In this document: in pieces, positions 32,839 through 45,079 of the stretch | Layout of the letters: every line of letters starts with the position of its first letter | How positions within the stretch are numbered: position 1 is the first letter of the stretch | From: Eledone cirrhosa | Lineage: Eukaryota | DNA: 64,000 nt | Assembly (NCBI GenBank): GCA_964016885.1 | Contig: OZ024740.1 | Coordinates: 385,764,001-385,828,000, forward strand | Reading direction: 5' to 3' | The notes under the pieces: model-generated | Databases searched by the model: none | What the model saw: the letters and a program-made list of their open reading frames with translations, nothing else | Told to the model about the DNA's origin: nothing | Program-made: the position numbers and the translations under genes

Positions 32839-33108
32839 AGGTGCAAAAGTTCTATTTAAATTGTTGGGATACAACAAGCAAATATTTTTATAACTGATAT
32901 AAAGCACTCGACAAGTATTTGGAGTATATATACGATATTAACAAATGGAAACTATATTTATAAAACCATATCTATTTTATTATACATATTTCATGGTGTG
33001 GATGGGGTGGGGGCGGGGGTGGTGGGACGGGGTGTATTTTGTTAGAGATGCCTACTGGCTGGAGTAGGTTTTACTATATATTTAGGTAAGGCGGGTCTTC
33101 TCTGTTAC

Positions 33109-36100
33109 TTAGTACCGCCAAAGGTCTCGGTCCAGTGACATTGTCTTGGAGAGGTGTAAGTGTGTGATGTCGGAGTTTATCAGCTCGTCCCAGGTTTTTC
33201 TAGGTCTGCCTATTCCGTGACTACCGTCTATCTTTATTGCCCTGCACTTTGTTATACAGCTATCGACTTTCATGCGCATCACGTGTCCATACCAACGTAG
33301 CCTTCTCTCGAGTAAACAACATCTGATCCCTCTTATCTCTAATTTTTTCCTTAGTTCGTTTATGCTTTGCCGTTCACGTATATTACTGTTACACATCCAG
33401 CGGAGCATGCAAGCTTCGTTCCTCTCTAGTCTGCGTATATCCTCTGCACACAATGCCCAGGTCTCACTGCCATGCAGCATTGCTGTTCGTATGCAGGCAT
33501 CGTACAACCTGCCTTTCATTTTTAGTGAGAACCCTTTAGCAGCTAATAGTGGTATAAGCTCTCTGAACTTTTTCCAACCAGTTCTGACTCTAGCTACAGT
33601 ACTTTCAGAGCACCCTCCCCCACTGCTGATTTTATCGCCCAGGTAACGGAAGCTGTCCACTATTTCTATAGAACCCTCTGCGCAATTGAAAGAGCTAGTA
33701 TTTTGTGGGCACTTGCTGCTACTTATTGCACCAGAGCACCGGCCACATGTAAAATCTATGTTCTTAGTTAGCTTACCTGTGATCCCACTACATCTTTTAT
33801 GCACCCATACTTTGCATTTAGGACATAAAATGGAGTTTCTACCTACGCCTTTCCTACACACCGAGCACGACCATTTCCCAGAAGGGACCGCCGCCTTGTT
33901 TTCTTTCCTACAAACTAGTACTTTGGTCTTAGCCAGGTTAATTTTAAGTCCTTTTGACTCTAGGCCGTGCTTCCATGTTTGGAATTTCTTCTCTAGCTCG
34001 GCCATTGATTCCGCTATGAGTGTCAGGTCGTCTGCGTATAGGAGTTCCCATGGGCAGCCTGTCTTGAACTCCTCTGTTATAGCCTGAAGGGCAATAATAA
34101 ATAGTAGTGGGCTGAGAACAGAGCCCTGATGGACGCCAACTTTTACGCTAAACTCTTCACTATATTCGTTGTTAATTCTAACCTTGCTGACTGTTTCTTT
34201 ATACATGGCTTGTATAGCCCTCACAAGCCATTCGTCAACGCCTAGTTTTCTAAGAGCCCACCAGATAATGGAGCGGGGGACTCTGTCGAAGGCTTTCTCC
34301 AAGTCGACAAAAGCTAAGTAGAGGGGTTTACCTTTAGCTAGGTACTTCTCCTGTAGTTGTCGTACTATGAAAAGAGCGTCTGTGGTACTTTTGCCTGACA
34401 CAAACCCGAACTGCATTTCATCTAGGTCAATTCTCTCTCTGATTAGTTGCGCTATTACTTTTTCCGTGACCTTCATGACCTGGTCGATTAATTTAATGCC
34501 TCTATAGTTACTCCTATCTAGGGCGTCTCCTTTACCCTTATAACAGTTAACGATGATGCTGCTATGCCAGTCCTTCGGAACAACCCCATTCTGTACGACT
34601 TGGTTAACTATGCGGGTGACCATGGTGTGTCCCACCGTGCCAGATGCCTTCAGCATCTCAGCAACTATTTCCGAAGGCCCAGCCGCCTTACCCGTCTTCA
34701 TATCCTTGATTGCCTTACTTATTATACTCCCCTCGACTAACACTGCTGGTCCCTCTATTGGGTCAATATGGGGGAGACTGCCTTTCTCCCAATTATTCTC
34801 CTCATTTAGTAGCCTTTCATAGTGACACTTCCAAGCTACCTTCTTATCAGCGTCGGTGATGGCAAGTGTGCCATCGTCGTTTAGTACACACTTCTCCCCG
34901 ACAATATCACGGTTTTCCTTGACGCATTGCCTAGCAATCCTGAACACCTCACGTTTTTGGTCATCGCGTTGTAGAACATGCTTGAACTTTCTTTCCTCAG
35001 CTTCCCTTCTTGCTAAGTACACTTGTCTCCTAGCTTCCCTCCTGGCCACTTGATAGTCCTCTCTACTTCCCCCATCCCGCCATACTTTCCAAGCCTGCTT
35101 TTTGGCCTTAATTGACCCCTCCACCTTACTGTTCCACCACCATGTTACTCTCCTCCTGCCTACAGGCCTGCTCCAGCCACAGACTTCGTCTGTCGCCAAC
35201 AGCAGGTTTGCTTTCAGAAATTCCCACTCTCCCTCTATATTGTCCGACTCTAAATGTTCTTCCTTACTGTCGAAAGCATCAAGTAATATGCTTTGAAATT
35301 TATTCCTGGCTGTGGGGTCCTTTAGCTTCCATATTTTCCTCCTGAGGATAGTCCTCTTCTGTTGTCGAGTACGTCTCGTCCTGACTATGAGGTCGCTAAT
35401 TATCAGTCTATGTTGGGAGGTGCATTCTTCATGGGGGAGGGATTTAGTGTTAACAACAGACACTCTGTCACGTCTTCTGGTAAGGATATAATCTACCTGG
35501 CTTGTGTGTTCCCCGGATCTATAGGTGATCAGGTGATTGTCACGTTTTTTGAAGTTAGTGTTACAGATAGTTAGGTTATTTGCATCACAGAATTCCAGGA
35601 TTCTGGAGCCTTCCTCATTTCTAGTACCAAACCCATAGCCTCCATGGATTTCGTCGTAGCCGTCACAATGTTGTCCAACGTGACCATTTAGGTCGCCTGC
35701 GATAATTATATAGTCACTGTCGGATATTTGGGAGGTAGTTAGCATCAGTGTCTCATAGAATCTGTCTTTTATAGTGCCAGGCAGTCCGGATTGGGGTGCG
35801 TACGCAGATATTACTGTCACCGTAGTTCTATTGAGGACAAGTCGTATTTTAATTATTCTGTCGTTCACTCTATTTACGTCTATTATCTTATCTGCCCACT
35901 TTTCTGCTACCATGATTCCTACTCCACCCAGCCCATCGTCGTTTCCCACCCAGAAAAGCTTATAACATCGTTCTTTACCCTCAATGAACCTAGCAGACCC
36001 ACCCCTCCACCTGGTCTCTTGAATACAACAAACATCGACCTCCTTACGTTCAAGCATTTCTACAACCTCGTTAGCGCGACCCTTTAGGGTGCCTACATTT

Positions 36101-36252
36101 ATGGTACCAACTCTGAAGTTTTGGATTGCGTTTGGGGGTTGGGGGCGGTGAGGGGCGGGGGGCGATGGGGTTATGTTAGCCGTCCGCGGTCGAAACAATG
36201 AGGAGTGCTCGCATTCTCGTCCAAGAGGTGAATTTGTCTTTATCTTTGGCAT
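33109..36252 (-). CDS. RTE ORF: AP endonuclease + reverse transcriptase with inserted PHD-like finger (1047 aa)
   Basis: APE motifs GTINVGTL, CIQETRW, SAYAPQ, GDLNGHVG, VDYIL, SQHRL; RT motifs [39 protein letters not shown]; stop ~9 codons earlier than in sister copies. Confidence 0.96.
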   Translation of the reverse strand: MPKIKTNSPLGRECEHSSLFRPRTANITPSPPAPHRPQPPNAIQNFRVGTINVGTLKGRANEVVEMLERKEVDVCCIQETRWRGGSARFIEGKERCYKLFWVGNDDGLGGVGIMVAEKWADKIIDVNRVNDRIIKIRLVLNRTTVTVISAYAPQSGLPGTIKDRFYETLMLTTSQISDSDYIIIAGDLNGHVGQHCDGYDEIHGGYGFGTRNEEGSRILEFCDANNLTICNTNFKKRDNHLITYRSGEHTSQVDYILTRRRDRVSVVNTKSLPHEECTSQHRLIISDLIVRTRRTRQQKRTILRRKIWKLKDPTARNKFQSILLDAFDSKEEHLESDNIEGEWEFLKANLLLATDEVCGWSRPVGRRRVTWWWNSKVEGSIKAKKQAWKVWRDGGSREDYQVARREARRQVYLARREAEERKFKHVLQRDDQKREVFRIARQCVKENRDIVGEKCVLNDDGTLAITDADKKVAWKCHYERLLNEENNWEKGSLPHIDPIEGPAVLVEGSIISKAIKDMKTGKAAGPSEIVAEMLKASGTVGHTMVTRIVNQVVQNGVVPKDWHSSIIVNCYKGKGDALDRSNYRGIKLIDQVMKVTEKVIAQLIRERIDLDEMQFGFVSGKSTTDALFIVRQLQEKYLAKGKPLYLAFVDLEKAFDRVPRSIIWWALRKLGVDEWLVRAIQAMYKETVSKVRINNEYSEEFSVKVGVHQGSVLSPLLFIIALQAITEEFKTGCPWELLYADDLTLIAESMAELEKKFQTWKHGLESKGLKINLAKTKVLVCRKENKAAVPSGKWSCSVCRKGVGRNSILCPKCKVWVHKRCSGITGKLTKNIDFTCGRCSGAISSSKCPQNTSSFNCAEGSIEIVDSFRYLGDKISSGGGCSESTVARVRTGWKKFRELIPLLAAKGFSLKMKGRLYDACIRTAMLHGSETWALCAEDIRRLERNEACMLRWMCNSNIRERQSINELRKKLEIRGIRCCLLERRLRWYGHVMRMKVDSCITKCRAIKIDGSHGIGRPRKTWDELINSDITHLHLSKTMSLDRDLWRY

Positions 36253-36361
36253 TGTCGCTGAGCGTCCAGATTTTTCTCTCTCTCACCTCCACTCTCCAGG
36301 ATTCCGCAGTCCATTCATCCATCATATATCGAAAGGCAACCAGGCAAGCGATAGTATAGGC

Positions 36362-36454
36362 CTCTGGTTTCTGATTGGTCCGCGTAATAATACTGGTGAT
36401 GCGTGGGGGCTCTGTTTTATGATTGGTCCACGTAATAGCAATGGTGGTGCGTGG
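36362..36454 (-). promoter_or_regulatory. Two 48-bp direct repeats, each with a CCAAT box, upstream of the RTE ORF
   Basis: Reverse strand ccacgca..attacgYGGACCAATCA..aaacagag twice; matches the NF-Y-type consensus; promoter role is inferred. Confidence 0.45.
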
Positions 36455-36790
36455 TGTTGGGTAGCTAGCAAGAAGGTAATGATTGAATGGGGTCCTTGCA
36501 TTTAACAAGCGATTAACAAAAATACAAAATTTGTTCTGTTAAATACGCCCAAAAACTTTCGTATATAACAATTAATAGAAACAGAAAATGTAGTTTGTTT
36601 TAGCGATAGATTGGCTATTTGGACTTGATACGAAATATGGATTGTTTTGAAAATACGAAATATGGATTGTTTTGAAAATACGCTAGAATTAAGATTTGTG
36701 GAGGGAGAGAAATGAAAACTGTACATTACGTTTACATGAATATCGTGGGTGGACAGCAAGCAATGAAATTTGGCGAAGTGAATTCCTATC

Positions 36791-37575
<785 letters not shown>

Positions 37576-37784
37576 TGTAAACACTTAGGAATATTAAAAC
37601 ATCTCCTTTCCCCCCCTAACCACATGAGTTACAAAGTATTGGTAACTTGACATAAATTTGGCTAAAAGGTTTCTTATTTTCTATTTAACCTGACATAAAT
37701 AAGTCAAAATCCAACTCATCATCACCATATGTACGTTTTTCTCTTTTAGTATGTGTTAGATGATGTAATAATGATTTATAATTT

Positions 37785-37980
37785 CGGTCCAAGACCAACT
37801 ATTTGAAGTATTGGTAGTCACTTTTTGCACCTCCAGTACTTTACTGGTACTTTATTTTATCAACCTTGAAAGGATGAAAGACAATGTTGACCTCTATAGT
37901 GTTTGAACTCAAAACATGAAGAGCCAGAACAAATACTGATTAACATTTGTCCAATGTTTTATTGACCCTACCAATCCCCT
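37785..37980 (-). mobile_element. Degraded Meta-domain-like SINE
   Basis: tactggtactttattttatcaaccttgaaaggatgaaagacaatgttgacc core. Confidence 0.65.
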
Positions 37981-38093
37981 TTTATCTAAATGATGTAATA
38001 ATAATATATACACATATAAACATGTATATATAAAGTATTTAAAGACTAAAATATTCCATATTCTCTATTTCTCATACATATATATAGATATAT

Positions 38094-38184
<91 letters not shown>

Positions 38185-38559
38185 AGAGAGAGAGGGAGAG
38201 AGAGAGAAAGAGAGTATAGAATGTTTTAGTCTTTTGATACTTTTAGAAATCAGCTCTCCACAAATGTGAGTTTTTCTTCTATGAATACAGTAAGATCTGT
38301 GAACAGAATACTAAAGCTTTTTTTATGCTTCTATACAAATAATATTTTTAGTTAATCATATGTTAACCTTTCCTTCTGTACAAACGATATTTTTAGTTAA
38401 TCATATGTTAACCTTTCCTATTCTAGCTGCCTGAAAACTGCTTTAGTTCTATGGTACAAGACTGTTTATTTTGATGTTTTTATTTATCTAAAACCTTTCA
38501 TCATAATTTTATGTAAAAATACTTTTAAATTATATTCTAAACACCAGCTTAACAATGAT

Positions 38560-38770
38560 TTCTATCTTTGGCACAAGGCAAGCATTTTTTTTTTGTGGGA
38601 GGGGATGAGAGGGGAGCAAATCAATTATATTGGCCTCTGTCCTTGACTTCTGCTTTATTTAATCGACCGTAGAATGATGAAAGGCAAAGTTGACCGTGAC
38701 AGGATTTGAACTCAGAACAACTAAATGCTGCATTTTGCCCGGTGTTCTAATGATTTTGCCAATTCATCAG
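38560..38770 (-). mobile_element. Degraded Meta-domain-like SINE
   Basis: tttggcacaagg tail and gatgaaaggcaaagttgacc..ggatttgaactcag core. Confidence 0.65.
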
Positions 38771-40770
38771 CTTAATCATTAGATAAGTTTAAATTTCTGA
38801 TTATTTTCAAACTTATTTGAAAATCACAGGCAGTGCTTTTCATTTGAAATATGATAATGAAACGGTAAAGGCAACTTATTCCTTCTGCTTACTTTTAAAA
38901 AGTTCATATACAGTTGACTAAGACAGAAACAGTGTGTCTCAATATTTAAATAAATGACTTTAAAAAAAACATAGAAACCAAATGACATAGTCAGCCATAA
39001 CTGATTCTCTTGAAAGGAGATTTAGTCTAAAATTATGTACTCAATACATGTGAAAATGATGTCTGAATGAGTATCCTCCATGACCAACTAACTAACCCTC
39101 TGCCTCTGGGTCCGGGCCGATAGAATGGAGAATACATTGCTGCGGAGGACAGTGAGGGAGATGTGCTGGAACAGCCACTCCATTTTGCAGAGCTCACACA
39201 TTTGGGTGGCCAACTCTACTCCGATAACGGTAAGTAGGATATGATCCAGAGGCCAAGAATACAAGAAATTATCTCTAATGTTTCTTAATAGTAATCATAA
39301 AAGAAAACCTGGAAAAAAAAATGGTGACATCTTGCAATAAGGGTTTCCTTCTTACTCATTTCTAGTACCCTTATTCCATATTAGTCGCTCTCCGACAGGT
39401 TTACAGTGGAGACTTCTGATGTCCTTGGCCACCACTCTACTCGCTTCCATAGGCGCATATGTGAGCCTTGCAAGCTGGAATGGCTCTTCCAGCACATCTC
39501 TTTCACCATCCTCTGGTGAAACACCTTCTTTATTCTGTCCACCGGGGCCATGGGGCAGCCAGCTTGTGGGACCCCATTTACTCATAATAGTGAGAGATGG
39601 TGAGGGCAGGAGAGACAAAGGCAATGACAGTGGGAGTTTAGTTCCTCAGTGTTCAGACCTTGTGTACATATAGCGAGTAAGCAACGATTTACCAGTCATA
39701 GAGATAGAGTGATACATTAATGCTAGATACATTTTTCCACCACCATACAAATGCACAATTGAAAACGAATCCTCTGTTCATCTCACTTGACCATCAAATT
39801 CCTGCTAATAGACTCGTGTAGTTTCTCTTGCAATGACATCTTGTATAGCAATAAGTTATGTACAGGAAATTTCTATTTCTCTTCAGTCTTCACATTGTCA
39901 TTAAACCTGAACAAACTGAGTAAAGAATGATATGGATAAGTTTTAAAGTATAATGCTGTGATAGAAAAAGTGGTCAAAAACAATGATTTCAGCGCGGTTG
40001 AGCTAGAGCAAAAATATCTAAAGCAAGATATTGTAAGAGAGTAATACACATATGTCAAAATTTAGCAAACAAATATAAATTTTAGAAAATTGCAATATTA
40101 TGACAAAAATTAATTTAAAATGTATATAAAAACAAATATTGTAAGTATAGTTAAGGTAGTTTCTGTTTCTCTGCATTTAATAAAAACATACAAGAGTTTT
40201 TTAAAAAATTTTTAAACAAAGAAAATTTACTTATTACACTAATTTTGATTGTGTTTTAATTTGAGCAACAAATTTGGTAAAAAATGTCTTGAGTAAAATA
40301 ATTTCTACATTATTAAAAGTAAAATACAAAAATATATTTAAAAACTGTCTAGACAGTTAATGTAAGTAAAGCAGTATTGGAAAAATGTACTATAATATAA
40401 CTAAATATATCTCTCACTGTGTGATTCAGGATGAATTCTTTTTCAACAATATATACGCAAAGTATGTTTCAACAAAGCTGATGAGCCAGTTTAATTTACA
40501 TAGACACAGTTTAACGTTAGAAATTTTTTAAGATTAAAAAAATTAGATGAAGAAAACAATTTGATTATTTTATAATGCCCAGTCTCAGATTAAACTTGGA
40601 GACAAAGTTTCAGCTCTTTCCATTTAAATAGTTAGCAGCAAAAAGAAGACTTATACATTCACACATAATATTATTGATCTTCTGTTTTTTATATTTGCTT
40701 GTGTTAAGTGGATATTTTCAAGCACAGTGTATCTAGGTGCCTACAAAGTTCAGTAATCTAAAATGTTTAA

Positions 40771-40988
40771 CCCTTTAGCATTTAAACCGGCCATATCCAG
40801 CCAGAGTTCTCTCACCTCTTTCAGTTCAAACTGGCCATAACTGGCCCTTCATACCAACTTTAAGGTATTGTTCTCAAAATAAATATCAAAATTTCATAGA
40901 TTTGATATTATATGAAATAATTATGTGAGGTAAAGCCTTTACCGTGAAAATACAATAGTATATATAGAGTAATGTAAATGCTAAAGGG
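40771..40988 (+). mobile_element. piggyBac-type MITE (copy 2)
   Basis: TTAA target duplication and CCCTTTAGCATTTA TIRs; homologous to 19555-19773. Confidence 0.9.
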
Positions 40989-41444
40989 TTAACTTTATAT
41001 ATTAAAAAATTGCCAAATTTAATCATGTATAAATGTTATGTCTTTATGGTGTGGGAAAGTTAAACAAAAGCCAGAATAGCTTTCTTGTGTATGAAGATAT
41101 GAAAATAGTGGAGAAATGTTTTACATTTTCTGCCACTGAATTATAAGATTACCATACTATTTTACTTGGTGGTATAGTCGAAGAAGGCTCTACAAATTTA
41201 TGATGGGAATCAACAGATTTAAAAGTTTGGGAGCAATTACTTTAAAAAATCAGTTGACTTGCTAGAAATAACAAGATCTCTCTCAAATCAAATCCAAATA
41301 TACGAACACATAGTACCAATATCTAAGTGAAAAAATGGGATGACTTCATTTAGAAGAGCTTTGATCACATGTCTGTGTGATGCAAGCTAACCTGGGACTA
41401 GAAAAGCAACAATATTCCTATTTTTATTTTTGTTTTGATTTCAG

Positions 41445-41612
41445 ATATTGGTAATGACTGGGAAAACGTTAGCAGCACAGGTCGTCTACGTTTGGTTCAA
41501 CCTGACCTCTTACTTGTCACTGGCAGCAAACAGCATGATACAGGCTTCTATAAGGTTGTTGCATTCAACGACATGGGAATTGTCCAATCTAAAATGTATC
41601 TTCATGTTATGG
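41445..41612 (+). CDS. Host-gene exon B: C-terminal half of the same Ig I-set domain
   Basis: Long T-rich tract ending ttgatttcag|AT and donor G|gtaagt; 168 nt, phase 1-1. Translates (D)IGNDWENVSSTGRLRLVQPDLLLVTGSKQHDTGFYKVVAFNDMGIVQSKMYLHVM (D-x-G-x-Y and A-x-N-x-x-G motifs), in frame with exon A. Confidence 0.88.
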
Positions 41613-41932
41613 GTAAGTGGCATTGGTTTTTGAAACATTAAAAAACAAAAACAACTCTGAGATCTAACTGATAATGAAATGGAGATAAGAGTAATATATA
41701 TATATATATATATGCGTATTACATTATATTATATTTATGCTCATACATAGAACAGAAAGCACTACCTTAGGTTTCAAGGTCCAGTTATGACCATCTCCCC
41801 AAATTTTGTTCTATGTATGAACATGAATAAATAATATATCAGCTCTCACACTAGTTCAAGCACTATATTACTTTTTCCTTTTTCACATCCTCAGATACAT
41901 TACTGCTCACAAACACATATATATAGAGAGAG

Positions 41933-42150
41933 AAGGAGCATAGCTTAGTGGTTAGGGAATTGGATTCACAATCATGGGGTTGGGAGTTCAATAGCTGGAC
42001 TGGGTGATGCATTATGTCCTTGAGCAAGACACTTTATTTCACATTGCTCCTTCTGCCAGGAGTTGAGGCCAGTAGAAAGTATCAGCAATGGAAAGACCAA
42101 TGGAAACATTGTTTCCTTGAACCAATTTGATGTATTCCAGCCCCAATCAG
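41933..42150 (+). mobile_element. tRNA-derived SINE with CORE-like domain
   Basis: A box tagcttagtgg, B box gagttcaatag, gtccttgagcaagacacttt domain. Confidence 0.75.
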
Positions 42151-42589
42151 TAAGTGAATGAGGTCTGGGATCTTGTTGATCATTATATATATTATATAGG
42201 AATCTGATGCACCGTTTCATATAGTAGTCATTTAGCACCATCTTTGTGCAGGGTTGTCTTTGAATCTTTTGTGCTACTCAAAAACCCGTGAGCCTGGCAT
42301 CATTTCATTTCTGTACACTTGCTGCAGTATTCCGAGTGTTTCTAATGGAATTTTCCCCAGCCGAACCAGAAAATTCAGATTGGTTCATTGCTCTGTGCCC
42401 ATCGCTTTATAACCTAAAATTGAGGAGTTAACAAAAGCATGTGAAAAGACATACAATGACTGCAGAGAGCTGAGAGTGCAATTATATACTCCCCAGATAT
42501 TCCGTCACATGGTGGTGCAACCCACTAATCCCTACCCCACTCATAACTCACATCACACACCAAGTCCTGTTACTTTTCTGACACACCTC

Positions 42590-42636
<47 letters not shown>

Positions 42637-42659
42637 CGTGTGTGTGTGAGTATATCTAC

Positions 42660-42693
<34 letters not shown>

Positions 42694-42840
42694 TATTAGA
42701 AATGTAAGCTATCGCCGTATTTTAACTAAAGAAATTAAAGAAATTATTTAGCCTGTTAGTGGGGTTAAGAACCCTCGGAGAAATGGAAAAAGATGAGTAT
42801 TGATTCTTACATATATATATATATACACACATATATATAT

Positions 42841-43318
42841 CATCATCATCAGTGTTTTATGTCCATTCTTTCACGCTAGCATGGGTTAGATGGGTTGTCC
42901 TGTTGTGGGCAATGTCAGGTCAGGTGATCATGTCTTGCTCATAGAAAACTGATTCTGGCTTGATTTCTACAGCTGGATGCCCTTCCTAACATCAACCTCA
43001 TTTACAGTGAGTACTGGGTGCTTTTTTACCATGGCACCTACATGACCACTTTGTAGTGTGGAATGGATGCTTTTTTTGTTGTGACACCTGCATGACCACT
43101 TTACAGTGGCAGGGGGTGAAGGCATACTGTCTATATGCTTTAGCTTCAGCATGTAGCCATGGGAAGTCGGGTCTTTTTTATTACTGCGTAATAGCACAGG
43201 TCTCAGTCCTGTGCCATCGCTTTTGAGAGGTGCAATTGGGCAAGGTCAGCTTTTATCACCTCGTCCTAGGTCTTCTTAGGTCAGACCACTCCAAGACTTC
43301 CATCGACTTTTTGTGCTC
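42841..43318 (-). mobile_element. Diverged RTE (B-like) 3' end
   Basis: (cat)n tail, 3'UTR homologous to 27348-27800, and end of ORF. Confidence 0.8.
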
Positions 43319-43755
43319 TCTCTCTATATATGTATATAGTGAAGGTGCATGACTTATTGGTTAGATCATTAGGCTTGCAATTGGGAGGTTGTGAGTTCAA
43401 TTCTTGGACCAGGTGATGCATTGTGTCCTTGAACAAGACATTTTATTTTGTGTTACCTAAATTTATGCAGGTATGGTGAACCTCATATATTCTAGCCATT
43501 AGAAAAAAGCAAACTGAATGCTTCACCTTCGAAAGAGAGATGACTCAAGAAGATATATATATCTGTATATATACAAAATCGAAGTAACTGAGACTGCATA
43601 AATGTGTATATAAATTTACACATTATTAGGATATAGCCATTTTTAGTAAGCATGCTATGTTTACAGTTTTAACAGGTTACATGTTTTCAAGATTTAGTTG
43701 GGCTTTCATCAAAAGTATAATCAAGGCCCTATCACTTATAATAGTATATTAAAAT

Positions 43756-44075
43756 CATCATCATCATCATCATCATCAACGTTTAACGTCCGTGTTCCAT
43801 GCTTGCATGGGTTTGGACGGGGGTAGTCCCACTTGAGGCAAGAGTGATTGTCTTGCTCGCATAGGACTGTCTGGCAGGTTTTCTACAGTTGGATGCCCTT
43901 CCTAACACCAACGACATTTACAGTGTGGGTCTGGGAGGTTTTTACCGTGTTGCCTACACGGCCACATTACAGCGTGGACTGTGTGTTTTTTTGTCATGAC
44001 ACCTACACGATCTCATTTGTTTCGGCCTGGATGGCGCGGCACCAACATAACTTTACATAGAACGGGGTGGTGTGT
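43756..44075 (-). mobile_element. RTE subfamily A 3'UTR fragment
   Basis: Reverse complement of ~5650-5965, including the (GAT)n tail. Confidence 0.85.
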
Positions 44076-44340
44076 GTACTAATTTGCATATTATTAGCTC
44101 TCAGATTGCTGCTTTGATTAAGATGGATGAAGTATAGGAAAGTTGTAACAGTATATATACAGAATAGAAGTAAGCTAGACAGGTAAATGTGTATATACAT
44201 TTACACATACTTAGTATATAGATCCGTAAATATACCAAATATTCCTATTTCTTGTTAATTGAATAAATTATAAAATGTCTATATACTAAAAAATGTGTAA
44301 ATTATATACACATCTATACTATCTAGGTTACTTCTGTTCT

Positions 44341-44372
<32 letters not shown>

Positions 44373-44375
<3 letters not shown>

Positions 44376-44587
44376 AAAGTGATTTTTTTTTTTTACAAAA
44401 TAAAAAATAACCGAGGTGTCCTACACGAGTGAAAGTATAAAGAAAAAAAGATGAAATCGAAAATGCAACTGGAGTCTTATTTAAAAATATATATATATAT
44501 TTATTTGGTTCCTTTACCGGTTTCGCAGTTCTTCTGCTTTTCAAAAGTAGAGTTGAGATGGAGGGTCTGTGGTTTTTCTCACATCTG
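44373..44587 (-). mobile_element. Solo PLE pLTR (same family as 22401-22612) inside (TA)n
   Basis: ~210 bp nearly identical to 22401-22612; (TA)n on both sides. Confidence 0.85.
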
Positions 44588-44629
<42 letters not shown>

Positions 44630-44858
44630 TATGTGTGTGTGTATAAATAGGGAGACACAAAGCAGGCTTTGTTTACAAACAGCTAGCGAATTTGATAATT
44701 CGGAAATAATATGTGCTTATGCCATATTTGACTAAATAGAAGTAGTCTGTTAATAAGGATATTAAAAAACCGTCTGAATGGAAAAAAAGGATTAGTACTG
44801 ACATATATACCAAGAAGTAACTATATAATGAATAAATTAAAAGGAAAGGTTATATCAA

Positions 44859-45079
44859 CCCTTTAGCATTTACATTACTCTATATATACTATTGTATTTT
44901 CACAGTAAATACTTTATTTCATATAATTATCTCACATAATATCGAATCTATGAGATTTTGATATTATTTATTTTGAGAACAATACCTTAGCATAAGTATG
45001 AGCAGCCAGTTATGGCTGGTTTGAACAGAGAGCGGTGAGAAAATTCTGGCCGGATACAGCCGGCTTAAATGCTAATGGG
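44859..45079 (-). mobile_element. piggyBac-type MITE (copy 3, inverted)
   Basis: TCAA/TTAA flanks, same TIRs; interior is the reverse complement of copies 1 and 2. Confidence 0.88.

Larger units (their letters stand above)
32995..36790 (-). mobile_element. Near full-length RTE LINE, subfamily A (distal 3'UTR missing)
   Basis: ~540-bp upstream region, single long ORF, and a proximal 3'UTR matching 5570-5655; lacks the distal 3'UTR and (GAT)n tail. Confidence 0.93.
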
